Positions 1 through 10,066 are shown, numbered from the stretch's first letter. The stretch is DNA of 64,000 nucleotides from Candidatus Spongiisociaceae bacterium (GCA_965202665.1 OZ241841.1:2704542-2768541), one strand, 5' to 3'. Numbers and translations: made by a program. Notes: generated from the letters alone by a model not told the origin.

Positions 1-127
1 CCGAACAATCCCACGTTGCGCGTCTTTTCCGGTGTCATAGTTCCCTCCGATTGGGTATCCTGCCTAGCAGTGTAGTGGGCGGCGGCCCGCCGTGTTCGTC
101 CGTCGGCCCCGCCGAGGGAGATTCGGG

Positions 128-721
128 GTGATTGAACTAAGAGCCCAAAAATACATAGAGAAGATAGCGGCCCCCATCGGTCGGGGGTTGGCCCGCATCG
201 GGTTGCGGCCCACTCATCTCACGTTGGGGGGGCTGATCATCACCCTCGTCGGCTCGGGGATGTTGGCCAACGGGCTGGTGGTGGGCGGTTCGCTGGTCAT
301 TCTCGCCGGTTCGGCTTTAGACGGATTGGACGGCGCGGTGGCCCGGGCCACCAACGCCGCCTCAGCCCGGGGGGCGCTGGTGGATTCGGTGTCGGACCGG
401 TTGGGGGAAACGGCCATGTTCGGGGCGTGCGCCTTCTGGCTGACCTCCCGGGGGTCGCCCGGCGAAGGAGACCCGGCGTTGGTGGTGTTGTGCGTGCTCA
501 GCCTGGGGGCGGCCCTCATAACCTCCTATCTGCGGGCCAAGGCCTCCGAGAGCGGAGCCGACGGACGGGGGGGAATTATGGGGCGGGCGGAACGGGTGCT
601 CCTGTTCGCCGCCGGTTTTCTGATCAATCAGGTCACGGCCATGCTGTGGCTGATGGCCGCCCTCACTTGGATCACCGTCATGCAACGGTTTTACAGCACT
701 TGGCGGCAACTGGGCAAGTGA
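128..721 (+). CDS. pgsA: CDP-alcohol phosphatidyltransferase (phosphatidylinositol phosphate synthase)
   Basis: DGLDGAVAR...G..DSVSDR CDP-alcohol motif; first gene of the actinobacterial pgsA-patA-pimA operon; GTG at 128 after GAGGGAG RBS. Confidence 0.88.
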   Translation: MIELRAQKYIEKIAAPIGRGLARIGLRPTHLTLGGLIITLVGSGMLANGLVVGGSLVILAGSALDGLDGAVARATNAASARGALVDSVSDRLGETAMFGACAFWLTSRGSPGEGDPALVVLCVLSLGAALITSYLRAKASESGADGRGGIMGRAERVLLFAAGFLINQVTAMLWLMAALTWITVMQRFYSTWRQLGK

Positions 722-1641
722 CCGACCGTCTCATCTATCTGGCCTACCGCTTGGGGGCCGGTCTGTTCGGCTTGTTGCCGGAACCGGCCGCCCGCGGCTT
801 GGGCGGGACGGCGGGGCGGTTGGCGTGGATATGGGCGGGGGAGCGCAAGGCCATGGCCCTGCGCCATGCGCGGCGGGCGCTGGGTTTGCCCGCGGACGGC
901 GCGGGGGAGACGGCGGCGGAAGCGGCCCGGGCGCGGGCCGGGGCGCGGGGCATGTTCGCCTCCTACGGGCGCTACTGGGCGGAGACGTTCTGGTTTCGTC
1001 CCCGCCGGGCGGAAGCGATCCGCCGTCATATGGAAGTGGAGGGGATGGAATACGTGCGGGAGGCGGCGGCGGGCGGGATCCCCATCCTGGCCGCCCTGCC
1101 CCATTTGGGAAACTGGGAGATGGCGGGGGTTCTGGCCGAGAGAGCCGAAGTGGAAATCACCGCCGTGGCCGAGGCCTTGGACAATCGGTTGATCACCGAC
1201 TGGTTCATCGGATTGCGGGCCGCCCTTTCCATCGAGGTCGTCTTGGCGGAGGGGCGACGCACTTTGCCCAAGCTGACCGAGGCCTTGCGGCCGGGGAAGG
1301 TGCTGGCTTTGGTGGCGGACCGCGACATGACCGGACGGGGGGTGGAAGTGGATTTTTTCGGGGAGAGGACCCTTTTGCCGGCCGGCCCGGCCGCTCTGGC
1401 CTTGCGCACCGGCTCCATGCTATTGCCGGTGGCGATGTTTTTCAGGCGGGGACGCGGGCACCGGGCGGTCATCGGCCCGCCGGTGCCCACTCCGGAGGGG
1501 GCCGATACGGAGACGGTCGCCTCCGAGTTGGCCCGCCGATTCGAAGGGTTCATTCGGTCGGCGCCCGAGCAATGGCACTTGGTGCAGCCCAACTGGCCCT
1601 CCGACCGGGCGTTTCTGGAGCGACGGCGGGCGGGGTCGTGA
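718..1641 (+). CDS. patA: Phosphatidylinositol mannoside acyltransferase (lipid A acyltransferase-like family)
   Basis: PHLGNWE, LVADRD and PEQWHLVQPNW motifs; GTGA overlap with pgsA stop; operon context. Confidence 0.87.
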   Translation: MTDRLIYLAYRLGAGLFGLLPEPAARGLGGTAGRLAWIWAGERKAMALRHARRALGLPADGAGETAAEAARARAGARGMFASYGRYWAETFWFRPRRAEAIRRHMEVEGMEYVREAAAGGIPILAALPHLGNWEMAGVLAERAEVEITAVAEALDNRLITDWFIGLRAALSIEVVLAEGRRTLPKLTEALRPGKVLALVADRDMTGRGVEVDFFGERTLLPAGPAALALRTGSMLLPVAMFFRRGRGHRAVIGPPVPTPEGADTETVASELARRFEGFIRSAPEQWHLVQPNWPSDRAFLERRRAGS

Positions 1642-2675
1642 AAATCGTCTTGGTCTCGCCTTATTCCCTGGCCGAGCCGGGCGGGGTGCAGGCGCAGGTG
1701 ACCGGCCTGGCCGAACGGCTGCGGGAGGCGGGGCACCGCGTGCGGGTGGCGGGGCCGGGAGCGGACGAGGGGGAGGGCGGGGCGGACGCCGGGCGGTGGG
1801 TGCGGGTTCCGGTGAACCGATCCAAAGCTCCCATAGCCCTGTCGCCCGCCGTTTTCCGCCGGGTGCGGGAGGCGGCGGCGGGGGCGCACGTAGTTCACAT
1901 TCACGAACCTTTTGTTCCGGCGGTGGGTTGGGCCGCTTTGCGGGCGGACGTCCCCAAAGCGGTGACTTTCCACGCCGACCCCTCCCCAATGGTGCGGCGC
2001 CTTTACCGCTGGGCCGGGCCCGGATGGCGGCGGATGCTGTCCGGGGCGGCCGTCTCGGCGGTCAGCCCCACCGCCCGCCGGGCGGTGGAAAGGATGAGAG
2101 TGGAGGCGGAGGTGATACCCAACGGGTTGGATGTGGGTTCCTTCCGGCGGGAGGGGGAACGCCGCTCCCGCCAAGTGGTCTTCGTGGGGCGGCCCGATCC
2201 GCGCAAAGGACGCGATCTGCTGTTGGCCGCCTGGCCGGCCGTGCGCCGGGCGGTGGCGGACGCCCGTCTGGTGATAATCGGAGGCGGGGAGGAAACGGAC
2301 GCGCCGGGAGTGGAATATGCGGGACGGGCGCCGGAGGAGCGCAAACGGGCCCTGTTAGCGGCCAGCGAAGTGTTGTGCGCCCCCAATCGGGGCGGGGAAA
2401 GTTTCGGGATCGTGGTGGCGGAGGGCATGGCGGCCGGATGCGCGGTGGCAGCCTCCGACCTGGAAGCGTTCTCCGATGTGCTGGACGGCGGCGGCTTGCT
2501 GTTCCGCGCCGGCGACCGGCGCGATCTGGTGCGGGCCCTGGTGCGGTTGCTGACCGATGACCGGTTGCGGGAACGGTTGACGGCCGCCGCCGCCCGCCGG
2601 GTGGAGGAGTTCGCCTGGGAGAAGGTGACCGCCCGCTATCTGGAATTGTACCGACGGGCGCGGGGGGTGGGCTGA
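1638..2675 (+). CDS. pimA: GT4 phosphatidyl-myo-inositol mannosyltransferase
   Basis: MKIVLVSPYS..PGGVQ N-terminus, HIHEP, APNRGGESFGIVVAEGMAAG; GTGA overlap; operon context. Confidence 0.85.
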   Translation: MKIVLVSPYSLAEPGGVQAQVTGLAERLREAGHRVRVAGPGADEGEGGADAGRWVRVPVNRSKAPIALSPAVFRRVREAAAGAHVVHIHEPFVPAVGWAALRADVPKAVTFHADPSPMVRRLYRWAGPGWRRMLSGAAVSAVSPTARRAVERMRVEAEVIPNGLDVGSFRREGERRSRQVVFVGRPDPRKGRDLLLAAWPAVRRAVADARLVIIGGGEETDAPGVEYAGRAPEERKRALLAASEVLCAPNRGGESFGIVVAEGMAAGCAVAASDLEAFSDVLDGGGLLFRAGDRRDLVRALVRLLTDDRLRERLTAAAARRVEEFAWEKVTARYLELYRRARGVG

Positions 2676-2707
2676 GGGGCGGACCGGGGCGGTTGGCGGC
2701 AGGGGCG

Positions 2708-2737
2708 TTGACATAGCCGGATGCCGGGTTGGATACT
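2708..2737 (+). promoter_or_regulatory. Putative sigma70-type promoter of pdxS
   Basis: TTGACA-18 bp-GATACT upstream of the pdxS RBS (GAGGAG). Confidence 0.4.
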
Positions 2738-2774
2738 GGTAGCATCACCGGAACGGCATCGGCGAGGAGCAACG

Positions 2775-3689
2775 ATGGTGGATGCAAAATTGGATACGCG
2801 GCAAAATCGCGAGGTGGGCACCGACCGGGTCAAACGGGGTTTGGCCGAGATGTTGAAAGGCGGGGTGATCATGGACGTGGTCACCGCCGAGCAGTCCCGC
2901 ATCGCCGAGGAGGCGGGCGCGGTGGCGGTGATGGCCTTGGAGCGGGTGCCGGCCGATATTCGCGCCCACGGCGGGGTGGCGCGCATGGCCGACCCGGCCC
3001 GAATTGCGGAAATTATGGAGGCGGTGACCATCCCGGTGATGGCCAAGGCCCGCATCGGCCATTTTGCGGAAGCGCAGATTCTGCAGAGCCTGGGAGTGGA
3101 CTACATAGACGAGTCGGAGGTGCTGACCCCGGCTGACATGGAACGCCATATCGACAAGCGGCCTTTCACCACCCCCTTCGTGTGCGGGGCCCGGAACCTG
3201 GGGGAGGCCCTGCGCCGCATCGATGAAGGGGCGGCGATGATACGCACCAAAGGAGAGCCGGGAACCGGCAACGTGGTGGAGGCGGTAACCCATATGCGGC
3301 GCATGAACGCTGAGATAGAACGGGTGCGCTCTTGCGAGGAGGCGCAACTGCCGGCCGTCGCCGAAGAGTGGCGGGTCCCCGTGCGGCTGGTGCGGGAAAC
3401 GGCGGAGCGGGGGGCGTTGCCGGTGGTCAACTTTGCGGCGGGCGGGATAGCCACCCCGGCCGATGCGGCCCTGATGATGCAACTGGGTTGCGACGGGGTG
3501 TTCGTGGGTTCGGGCATTTTCAAAAGCGGGGATCCGAAACAGCGGGCCCGGGCCGTTGCGGAGGCGGTCACCTTCTACCAGGATCCGGGCGTTCTGGCCG
3601 AAGTGTCCCGCAACCTGGGCGAACCGATGGTCGGCATCGAAATCGACGCCATCCCCGACGGGCAACGTATGCAGGAACGGGGCTGGTAG
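2775..3689 (+). CDS. pdxS: Pyridoxal 5'-phosphate synthase lyase subunit
   Basis: [49 protein letters not shown]. Confidence 0.97.
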   Translation: MVDAKLDTRQNREVGTDRVKRGLAEMLKGGVIMDVVTAEQSRIAEEAGAVAVMALERVPADIRAHGGVARMADPARIAEIMEAVTIPVMAKARIGHFAEAQILQSLGVDYIDESEVLTPADMERHIDKRPFTTPFVCGARNLGEALRRIDEGAAMIRTKGEPGTGNVVEAVTHMRRMNAEIERVRSCEEAQLPAVAEEWRVPVRLVRETAERGALPVVNFAAGGIATPADAALMMQLGCDGVFVGSGIFKSGDPKQRARAVAEAVTFYQDPGVLAEVSRNLGEPMVGIEIDAIPDGQRMQERGW

Positions 3690-3696
3690 CCGGCTT

Positions 3697-4305
3697 ATGG
3701 GAGAAGCGGCCGCCGGTCGGGGGTCATCCGCCATGGCCGGGGTGCTGGCCTTGCAGGGGGATTTTCGCGAGCACCGCCGGGCCATGGCCGGGGCCGGGAT
3801 GAGGACGATGGAGGTGCGCACCCCCTCCGATCTGGAAGAGGCGGACGGGTTGGTGATCCCGGGCGGGGAGTCGACCGCCATCAGCCGGCTGGCTTCCCGC
3901 TACGGGATGATCGAGCCGTTGCGGGAGCGAATCGAGGCGGGCATGCCCGTGCTCGGCACCTGCGCCGGAATGATTTTTTTGGCCGCCCGGGTGTCCGACG
4001 GCGGAGGCCCCCGGCCGGGGGGGTTGGACATCACCGTGCGGCGCAACGCATACGGCCGCCAGAACGAATCCTTTGAATGCGACTTGGAGGCGGCTGTCTG
4101 GCCGGAGCCGTTGCGGGCGGTGTTCATCCGTTCCCCGATTGTGGAGGAGGCGGGGGAGGGGGTGGAGGTTCTTGCCGAATGGGACGGGCGCCCGGCGCTG
4201 GTGCGGCAGGGCCGCATCTTGGCCGCCGCGTTTCATCCGGAACTGACCGGCGACCTGCGGTTGCACGGAATGCTGGCCGATATGATGGGGGAGGATCGAC
4301 GATGA
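3697..4305 (+). CDS. pdxT: Pyridoxal 5'-phosphate synthase glutaminase subunit
   Basis: GVLALQGDF, PGGEST, GTCAGMI, FHPELT; follows pdxS; start could be 3733. Confidence 0.95.
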   Translation: MGEAAAGRGSSAMAGVLALQGDFREHRRAMAGAGMRTMEVRTPSDLEEADGLVIPGGESTAISRLASRYGMIEPLRERIEAGMPVLGTCAGMIFLAARVSDGGGPRPGGLDITVRRNAYGRQNESFECDLEAAVWPEPLRAVFIRSPIVEEAGEGVEVLAEWDGRPALVRQGRILAAAFHPELTGDLRLHGMLADMMGEDRR

Positions 4306-4319
4306 CCGGGGAGGGTTGA

Positions 4320-5063
4320 ATGGCCGGGCATTCCAAATGGGCCAACATCAAACACCGCAAAGGGCGCCAGGACGCGGCCCGCGGCAAGTTGTTTTCCAAA
4401 CTGACACGGGCCATCGAAGCGGCCGCCCGGGCCGGCGGGGGGGACCCGGCGGGCAACGCGGTGCTGGCCGCCGCCATCGACAAGGCCCGGTCGGCGTCGG
4501 TGCCCAAAGACAACATTGAGCGGGCCGTCAAACGGGGGACCGGGGAGATGGCGGGGGAAAGCCTGGAGGAAATCTTCTACGAGGGATACGCGCCGGGGGG
4601 CGTGGCGCTGTACGTGCAGGTGCTGACCGACAATCGCAACCGGGCCGCCTCCGAAGTGCGTTCCGCTTTCACCCGTTTCGGCGGGAATTTGGGCGAGCCG
4701 GGTTCGGTTTCCTACCTGTTCAACCCGAAAGGGTACGTTTTGGTGTCGGGCGAAGAAGAGGATGTTTTCTTGGCCGCCATCGACGCCGGGGCGGAGGATG
4801 TCCGTCCCAGCGGCGACCAGTTCGAGGTGATCACCGCCCCGGCTGATTTCCCGGCCGTTTCGTCGGCGATGGGCGAGGCCGGCCTGGCCGTGGAGTCGGC
4901 GGAAGTAACCCGGCTTCCCACCGCCACCGTCTCCTTGGACTCCGGCAAGGCGGGGCGGGTGTTGCGCTTGGTGGACGCCTTGGACGACCTAGTGGATGTC
5001 CAAGAGGTGTACGGCAACTTCGACATCTCCGACGAGATTCTGAGCGCCCTGGCCGAAACCTGA
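4320..5063 (+). CDS. yebC: YebC/PmpR family protein
   Basis: MAGHSKWANIKHRKG, YEGYAPGG, LTDNRNR. Confidence 0.96.
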   Translation: MAGHSKWANIKHRKGRQDAARGKLFSKLTRAIEAAARAGGGDPAGNAVLAAAIDKARSASVPKDNIERAVKRGTGEMAGESLEEIFYEGYAPGGVALYVQVLTDNRNRAASEVRSAFTRFGGNLGEPGSVSYLFNPKGYVLVSGEEEDVFLAAIDAGAEDVRPSGDQFEVITAPADFPAVSSAMGEAGLAVESAEVTRLPTATVSLDSGKAGRVLRLVDALDDLVDVQEVYGNFDISDEILSALAET

Positions 5064-5104
5064 TTTTGCGTATTTTGCGCAGAGGGGGCCGGGGGAGGGA
5101 GCGG

Positions 5105-6748
5105 TCAGACGGCGTGGACGTGGATGGTGTGGTAGCCGGTGGCGCCGTCCGGGCGGGCGGGCACTCTTTCCGCGGTCTGGAATTGGCCCGTTCCGTCGGC
5201 GGCCCGCACCTGGAGCTGATGCATCCCGGGGGACAGATTTACTTCAATCCGCCACTGCCGCCAAGAGTCGATGCTCAACTCTTCGGGCATTACGGCCTCC
5301 TGCCAGTCGTCGCCGTCCACCGCAACCTCCACCCGGGAAACGCCCCGGGACTGGGCCCAGGCCACTCCGGCGATGGTGATCGGTCCGGCGTTCATCCGCC
5401 CCGGGCGGGGATAGTCGATGCGGGACTGGGTTTTGATGGGGGCTTCCTTGGCCCATCCCCGGGGAATCCAGTAAGCGTCGAAGTCCTCCCAACGGGCGAA
5501 CTCTATTTCCGACAGCCATTTGGTGGCGGAAACGTACCCGTACAGGCCGGACACCACCAGCCGGGCCGGGAACCCGTGTTTGAAAGGGAGCGTTTGATCG
5601 TTCATTCCCACCGCCAGCAGAGCCTCCCGTCCGTCGAACAGGGCCGCGGTGGGGAAGCCGACCGTGAACCCGTCCACGGAACGTCCGATCAGTTGGGTTC
5701 CCTCCGGGCGCACCCCCGCTTCTTCCACCAGGGTACGCAACGGCACCCCCAGCCATTTGCCGTTGCCCACCAGGCCGCCCCCCACCGGGTTGGAGACGCA
5801 GGCCAGCGTGATGTAGCGCTCCACCATCGGCTGGGACAGTATCTGCTGATAGGTGAGTTGCAAAGGACGATCAACCAAGCCGGTCAGGGACAGGGTCCAA
5901 GAGTCCAGGTCGACCGTTGGAATTCCCAAAGCGGTGTCGATCTTGTAAAACTGGTCGATGGGGGTGACGAGGGGGGAGACGCCGGGGGCGGAGGAAATCT
6001 GGGAGGCGGCGGGGTCGGGAACCGGGTCGGAGGCGCCGGGCAGGGCCACCTCTTCCCGGGTGGCGACCCGGATGCGGGAACGTTCCGTCCAGGCGCGTCC
6101 CAGGACGGCGGCTCCGGCGGCGGCCGCCGCCGCGCCGGCCGTTCCGGCCAGAAACGCCCGCCTGGAGGACGGGGGAGCGGAGAGGCCGGTTGCGTCCGGC
6201 TCGCTTTTTCGGTTCTCCCTCTCGATCAGGCAACGCAGGCCGAGCAGGGAGAAGAAACCGGACGCGGCGGCGGCCGCGGCGGAGATCGCGGTCAGGGCGG
6301 TGTTGGCCAAAGGCACGTCCGTTCCCACCCAGAAACCCAGCGCCCCGAAGGCGGCGAAAGCGGCCGCCCCCGCCCAGGTGAAACGGCGGGCGATCACCCC
6401 CACCGCTCCGCCGAGGAGAAGGACGACGACGACCATTCCCCCGATCAGGACGTTTTTGTCGTTGGTTCCGAACACGTCCACCGCCCAATCTTTCAGAGAA
6501 GGCGGAGTCACGTCGATGAAAGCGTCTCCCACCGCCAGCACCAGCGAAGGGGTGGACAGGTTGAACCCGGACAGCAGTTCCGCCACGCCCAGGGCCAGCC
6601 CGGCCGAAACCGCCCCCGCTACGGCGTACATCCACCCGGTGCGCCGCGCCGGGGCGGCAGTCGGGCCGGCGTCGGATTCCGAGACGGGCGGGGGGGCGGC
6701 GGAGGGGTCTTCGGTTTCCACCGGAGGGGGGTCTTGGCGTTCGTCCAT
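5105..6748 (-). CDS. Membrane-anchored molybdopterin oxidoreductase, sulfite oxidase family
   Basis: N-terminal TM helices, internal SRRAFL twin-arginine motif, TLACVSNPVGG, HGFPARLVVSGLYGYVSATKWL, YWIPRGW. Confidence 0.88.
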   Translation of the reverse strand: MDERQDPPPVETEDPSAAPPPVSESDAGPTAAPARRTGWMYAVAGAVSAGLALGVAELLSGFNLSTPSLVLAVGDAFIDVTPPSLKDWAVDVFGTNDKNVLIGGMVVVVLLLGGAVGVIARRFTWAGAAAFAAFGALGFWVGTDVPLANTALTAISAAAAAASGFFSLLGLRCLIERENRKSEPDATGLSAPPSSRRAFLAGTAGAAAAAAGAAVLGRAWTERSRIRVATREEVALPGASDPVPDPAASQISSAPGVSPLVTPIDQFYKIDTALGIPTVDLDSWTLSLTGLVDRPLQLTYQQILSQPMVERYITLACVSNPVGGGLVGNGKWLGVPLRTLVEEAGVRPEGTQLIGRSVDGFTVGFPTAALFDGREALLAVGMNDQTLPFKHGFPARLVVSGLYGYVSATKWLSEIEFARWEDFDAYWIPRGWAKEAPIKTQSRIDYPRPGRMNAGPITIAGVAWAQSRGVSRVEVAVDGDDWQEAVMPEELSIDSWRQWRIEVNLSPGMHQLQVRAADGTGQFQTAERVPARPDGATGYHTIHVHAV

Positions 6749-6852
6749 CGGTAATGCCTCTTTCGCAACTTGCTACCGAACCTCATTTTAGGACGGGAGT
6801 AGAATAGTGCGCGCCAACAGAGGATTTATCAACCCCAAGGAGGTGTGGGGAA

Positions 6853-7245
6853 ATGAGCGACCTTCCCGAGACCGACGCCGAATGGCGGCAACGTTTGACA
6901 TCCGAGCAGTACCGGGTGGCCCGGCGGGGCGGTACGGAGCGGCCTTTTACGGGGAAGTACTGGGATTCCAAAGAGGAGGGCGTCTATCGTTGCGTAGGTT
7001 GCGGAGCCGCCTTGTTCAGCAGCGAAGCCAAATATGATTCGGGCACCGGATGGCCCAGCTATCACAGCGCGGTGGACGGCGCTCCGGTGGAGGAGCACGC
7101 CGACCGCAGTTACGGGATGGTTCGCACCGAGGTGCGGTGCAGCGCCTGCGGGTCGCATTTGGGGCATGTGTTTCCAGATGGGCCGCAACCGACCGGTTTG
7201 CGCTACTGCATCAACTCGGCTTCCCTGGATCTGGATCGAATCTGA
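6853..7245 (+). CDS. msrB: Peptide-methionine (R)-S-oxide reductase
   Basis: GTERPF, CxxC pairs, [23 protein letters not shown]. Confidence 0.97.
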   Translation: MSDLPETDAEWRQRLTSEQYRVARRGGTERPFTGKYWDSKEEGVYRCVGCGAALFSSEAKYDSGTGWPSYHSAVDGAPVEEHADRSYGMVRTEVRCSACGSHLGHVFPDGPQPTGLRYCINSASLDLDRI

Positions 7246-7291
7246 CCGTCGGTTCGGCTATTCAGTCGGGGGAGGGACGGAGAGGCGGCGG

Positions 7292-8074
7292 TTACCGGTT
7301 TCCGAACATGTTGGTCAAGCCTCCGATGAGGGAACCTTCCCCGTCCGAACCGCCCGGTTGCAGATTCTGCAACACCCGGTCGGCGATCCGGTTGAAGGGG
7401 AGCGACTGCAACCACACCCGTCCCGCCCCGCTGAGAGTGGCAACGAACAACCCTTCGCCGCCGAACACCATGGTTCGCAAGTTGCCCGCCCGCTCGATGG
7501 AGTATTCGATCTGCGGTTCGAAGGCCACCAGGCAACCTGTGTCCAAACGCAGGGTTTCCCCCTGCAGATGACGTTCGATGATGGTTCCGCCGGCGTGTAG
7601 GAAAGCCATCCCGTCCCCTTGGACGGTCTGCAGTATGAACCCTTCGCCGCCGAACAGCCCGGTTCCCAGTTTGCGGTTGAAAGTAATGTCCAGTTTGGTG
7701 CCCATGGCGGCGCACAGGAAAGCCTCTTTTTGGGCGATTATCCGCCCGCCCAACTGTCCCAAGTCGAGGGGGACGATTTTGCCCGGATAGGGGGCGGCGA
7801 AGGCCGCTTTGCGCAGGGAGCCGCCTCCGTTGGTGAAGTGGGTGAGGAACAGCGACTCACCGGAAATGGCCCTCTTGCCCGCCGATTTGATTTTGCCCCA
7901 AGCGCCCTGTTTGGGTTCGGAGCCGTCCCCCAAGCGGGTTTCGAACGTGATGTCGGGTTCCAGGTACATCATGCCGCCCGCTTCGGCGACCACGGTCTCG
8001 CCGGGGTCCAAAGCGACTTCCACGAACTGCATGTCGTCGCCGTAAATCTGATAGTCAAGTTCGTGGCTGCGCAT
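7292..8074 (-). CDS. TIGR00266 / AIM24 family protein
   Basis: [29 protein letters not shown], repeated FGGEG motifs. Confidence 0.9.
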   Translation of the reverse strand: MRSHELDYQIYGDDMQFVEVALDPGETVVAEAGGMMYLEPDITFETRLGDGSEPKQGAWGKIKSAGKRAISGESLFLTHFTNGGGSLRKAAFAAPYPGKIVPLDLGQLGGRIIAQKEAFLCAAMGTKLDITFNRKLGTGLFGGEGFILQTVQGDGMAFLHAGGTIIERHLQGETLRLDTGCLVAFEPQIEYSIERAGNLRTMVFGGEGLFVATLSGAGRVWLQSLPFNRIADRVLQNLQPGGSDGEGSLIGGLTNMFGNR

Positions 8075-8210
8075 TTCATCCGCCTTTCTCCATTCCGGCC
8101 GATACGTTGCGGCCGCCATCGGGCAACACTACCACCATTTCGGCCTTCGCCGACCCAACCGGCCTTGAACCGGCGCCGTTCGCCGACTGCGAAACTGCGA
8201 CGAAGGGGGG

Positions 8211-9215
8211 CTACCGGGAGGCCAGTCGGCTGTCTCCGCCGACCATGAAAGAGGCCAGTTCGGCGCGGGTGGCCCCGTTCGGGTAAGCCCTGCTGACCAC
8301 CGCCGTAATTTGCCGGGCGGTGATAGCTTGCACGGGACGGAAAGTTCCATCCGGATAGCCGGTGAACCATCCTCTGCGCACCGCCGCCGTCGCGTCGGGA
8401 TTGTCGGTGTCGGGCGGGGGGGAGCAGGTGCCGAGCATGCTCCGCAAGGCGCCCCGCTCCGTTCGGTCGGCGGTCAGCGACCATTTCGTTTTGATCGCTA
8501 TCCACTCTTGGGCGTACCGACAGTGCGCCGCCCCGGGGCCCGGTCTCCACTCCGCAGGATCGGAAGCGGATTTGCGAATGTTCTCCGAGCCGGGCATTAC
8601 GTACAAGTTGTCGGTGTCTACATAAAACCGCCGCCGCTCCGCTTGCCCCCAGTTGTTTCCGCCGGAGTCGTGGGCTTCTTTAACCGCCACCAAATGATCG
8701 CGGTGAACATTCCCGGAGCAGTCAGGGTTGCTGGCCGAATAGTAGGCCCATTTGCAACTGCCGGTGCGCCACCGCAGGGCTTGGTTGACGGAAGACGGCC
8801 AGCGCACGCTCCACAAGTCCCGGTCGTAACCGCCGACGGCTTCGGGACGTTCCACCAGCGGCCCGTTGGCCGCCACCCGCCCATCGCCCCCCACCATAAA
8901 GGAAGCCATCTCCACCCGGGTGGAACCAGCGGGGAAAGCCCGGCTTACCACCGTCCCGAGCTGCCCGGCGGTGATGCGCTGGTCCGGTCGGAAAGTGCCA
9001 TCCGGGTAACCCTGGAACCATCCTTCTCGCACCGCCTGCAAGATGTCCGCACGGCGGGGGTGAGAAGCGGGCACGTCCGAGAAATCTGTTTGTCCTTCGG
9101 CGGGCGCAACCACCAACCCGGCCGTCGCCAGCAAAACAACCAGAACGACCGACAAACCGGCCATCCGGCGGTCCGCAAGATCCCGACCCGGCCTCACCCG
9201 GGCATCTTCCGACAT
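8211..9215 (-). CDS. Secreted SLH-like / DUF1524-type HNH nuclease domain protein
   Basis: Signal peptide; two GYPDGTFRP SLH-like repeats flanking DHLVAVKEAHDSG..W..RRRF..D..NL..N..K..DPAEWRP..C.Y..W..K.KW.L. Confidence 0.75.
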   Translation of the reverse strand: MSEDARVRPGRDLADRRMAGLSVVLVVLLATAGLVVAPAEGQTDFSDVPASHPRRADILQAVREGWFQGYPDGTFRPDQRITAGQLGTVVSRAFPAGSTRVEMASFMVGGDGRVAANGPLVERPEAVGGYDRDLWSVRWPSSVNQALRWRTGSCKWAYYSASNPDCSGNVHRDHLVAVKEAHDSGGNNWGQAERRRFYVDTDNLYVMPGSENIRKSASDPAEWRPGPGAAHCRYAQEWIAIKTKWSLTADRTERGALRSMLGTCSPPPDTDNPDATAAVRRGWFTGYPDGTFRPVQAITARQITAVVSRAYPNGATRAELASFMVGGDSRLASR

Positions 9216-9327
9216 AAACCCAGAATACCCCCGCAGGTTCGCAGAACGGCGGATTTACAGGTTTTTTCCGAGCCGGCCTATCAGGCAGATGGGCATATTG
9301 CTAGATTGGTCCCGAAAGGAAGGTGAC

Positions 9328-9963
9328 ATGAAACGGAAGTACCTGACAGACGAAGAACGGTACGGCCTGACTACAGGACAGGTTGACAGGCTTCTCTACC
9401 GAGCCAAACGAGACAGGTGCGATATTTGCCAACGAAAGTGGGCAGAGGTTGCGCACGCAGCGCGGAAGCGGCCTCAAAACATTGACCACTGCCATGACTG
9501 CGATGGCGTGAGGGGGGTGCTGTGCTTCCGATGCAACTACTACGTGGTAGGCGTTCTAGAAAAAGGCCGATACGTGAGGACCAGGCATTACCGGCGGGCG
9601 AAGGACTACATTCTAAAGGGCGGAGCGGAGCATTTGGAAAAAACGGCCGGCCTTTGGGGGCGGCTGTTGAAGTCCCACAAGATGAGATGCGACTGTCCGA
9701 GAGATGTTTTGGAAAAGCGCCTGCGCAGGAAGAAGAAAGCCGGGCAAGCGACGCACTCCGACCGACTGGACGACCTGGACGGGTTCGCCGCGGACGAAGG
9801 GTGCCAACGTTTAGACGACCTGCTAACGGAGCGACTGGGCGGGAAGGCAGGTAGGGACGATCCCGAGTCGCGGCAGCGGGCAATCCGCTCTGGGTTCGGC
9901 CATATTAAGATGTGCAAGTGGTGTCTCCCAAAGTGGCGCGCCCAGTCGGCTGGCAACCGGTAG
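9328..9963 (+). CDS. Endonuclease VII (His-Me finger) domain protein with C-terminal Cys/His extension
   Basis: RYGLT..CDIC..IDHCH..VRGVLC..CN pattern; GAAAGGAAGG RBS before ATG 9328. Confidence 0.75.
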   Translation: MKRKYLTDEERYGLTTGQVDRLLYRAKRDRCDICQRKWAEVAHAARKRPQNIDHCHDCDGVRGVLCFRCNYYVVGVLEKGRYVRTRHYRRAKDYILKGGAEHLEKTAGLWGRLLKSHKMRCDCPRDVLEKRLRRKKKAGQATHSDRLDDLDGFAADEGCQRLDDLLTERLGGKAGRDDPESRQRAIRSGFGHIKMCKWCLPKWRAQSAGNR

Positions 9964-10038
9964 GTCCGGGCAGCGACGCGGAGGTGGCGGCAATCCAGCC
10001 CGAATCCGGTTCCCGGACTTGACCCGGCTTTCCCAAGA

Positions 10039-10066
10039 ATGTCCGATAATGCCCGTTATGTATAGT
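10039..10066 (+). other. dif: dif-like XerC/XerD recombination site (probable chromosomal dif)
   Basis: ATGTCCGATAA-TGCCCG-TTATGTATAGT, an 11-6-11 layout resembling actinobacterial dif; intergenic; coincides with a visible G-to-C strand-bias switch. Confidence 0.75.

Noticed and set aside
4320-5104. yebC not followed by ruvCAB, suggesting replacement by the nearby Endo VII
   Set aside because: A synteny break alone is weak evidence; the ruv genes may lie elsewhere in the genome
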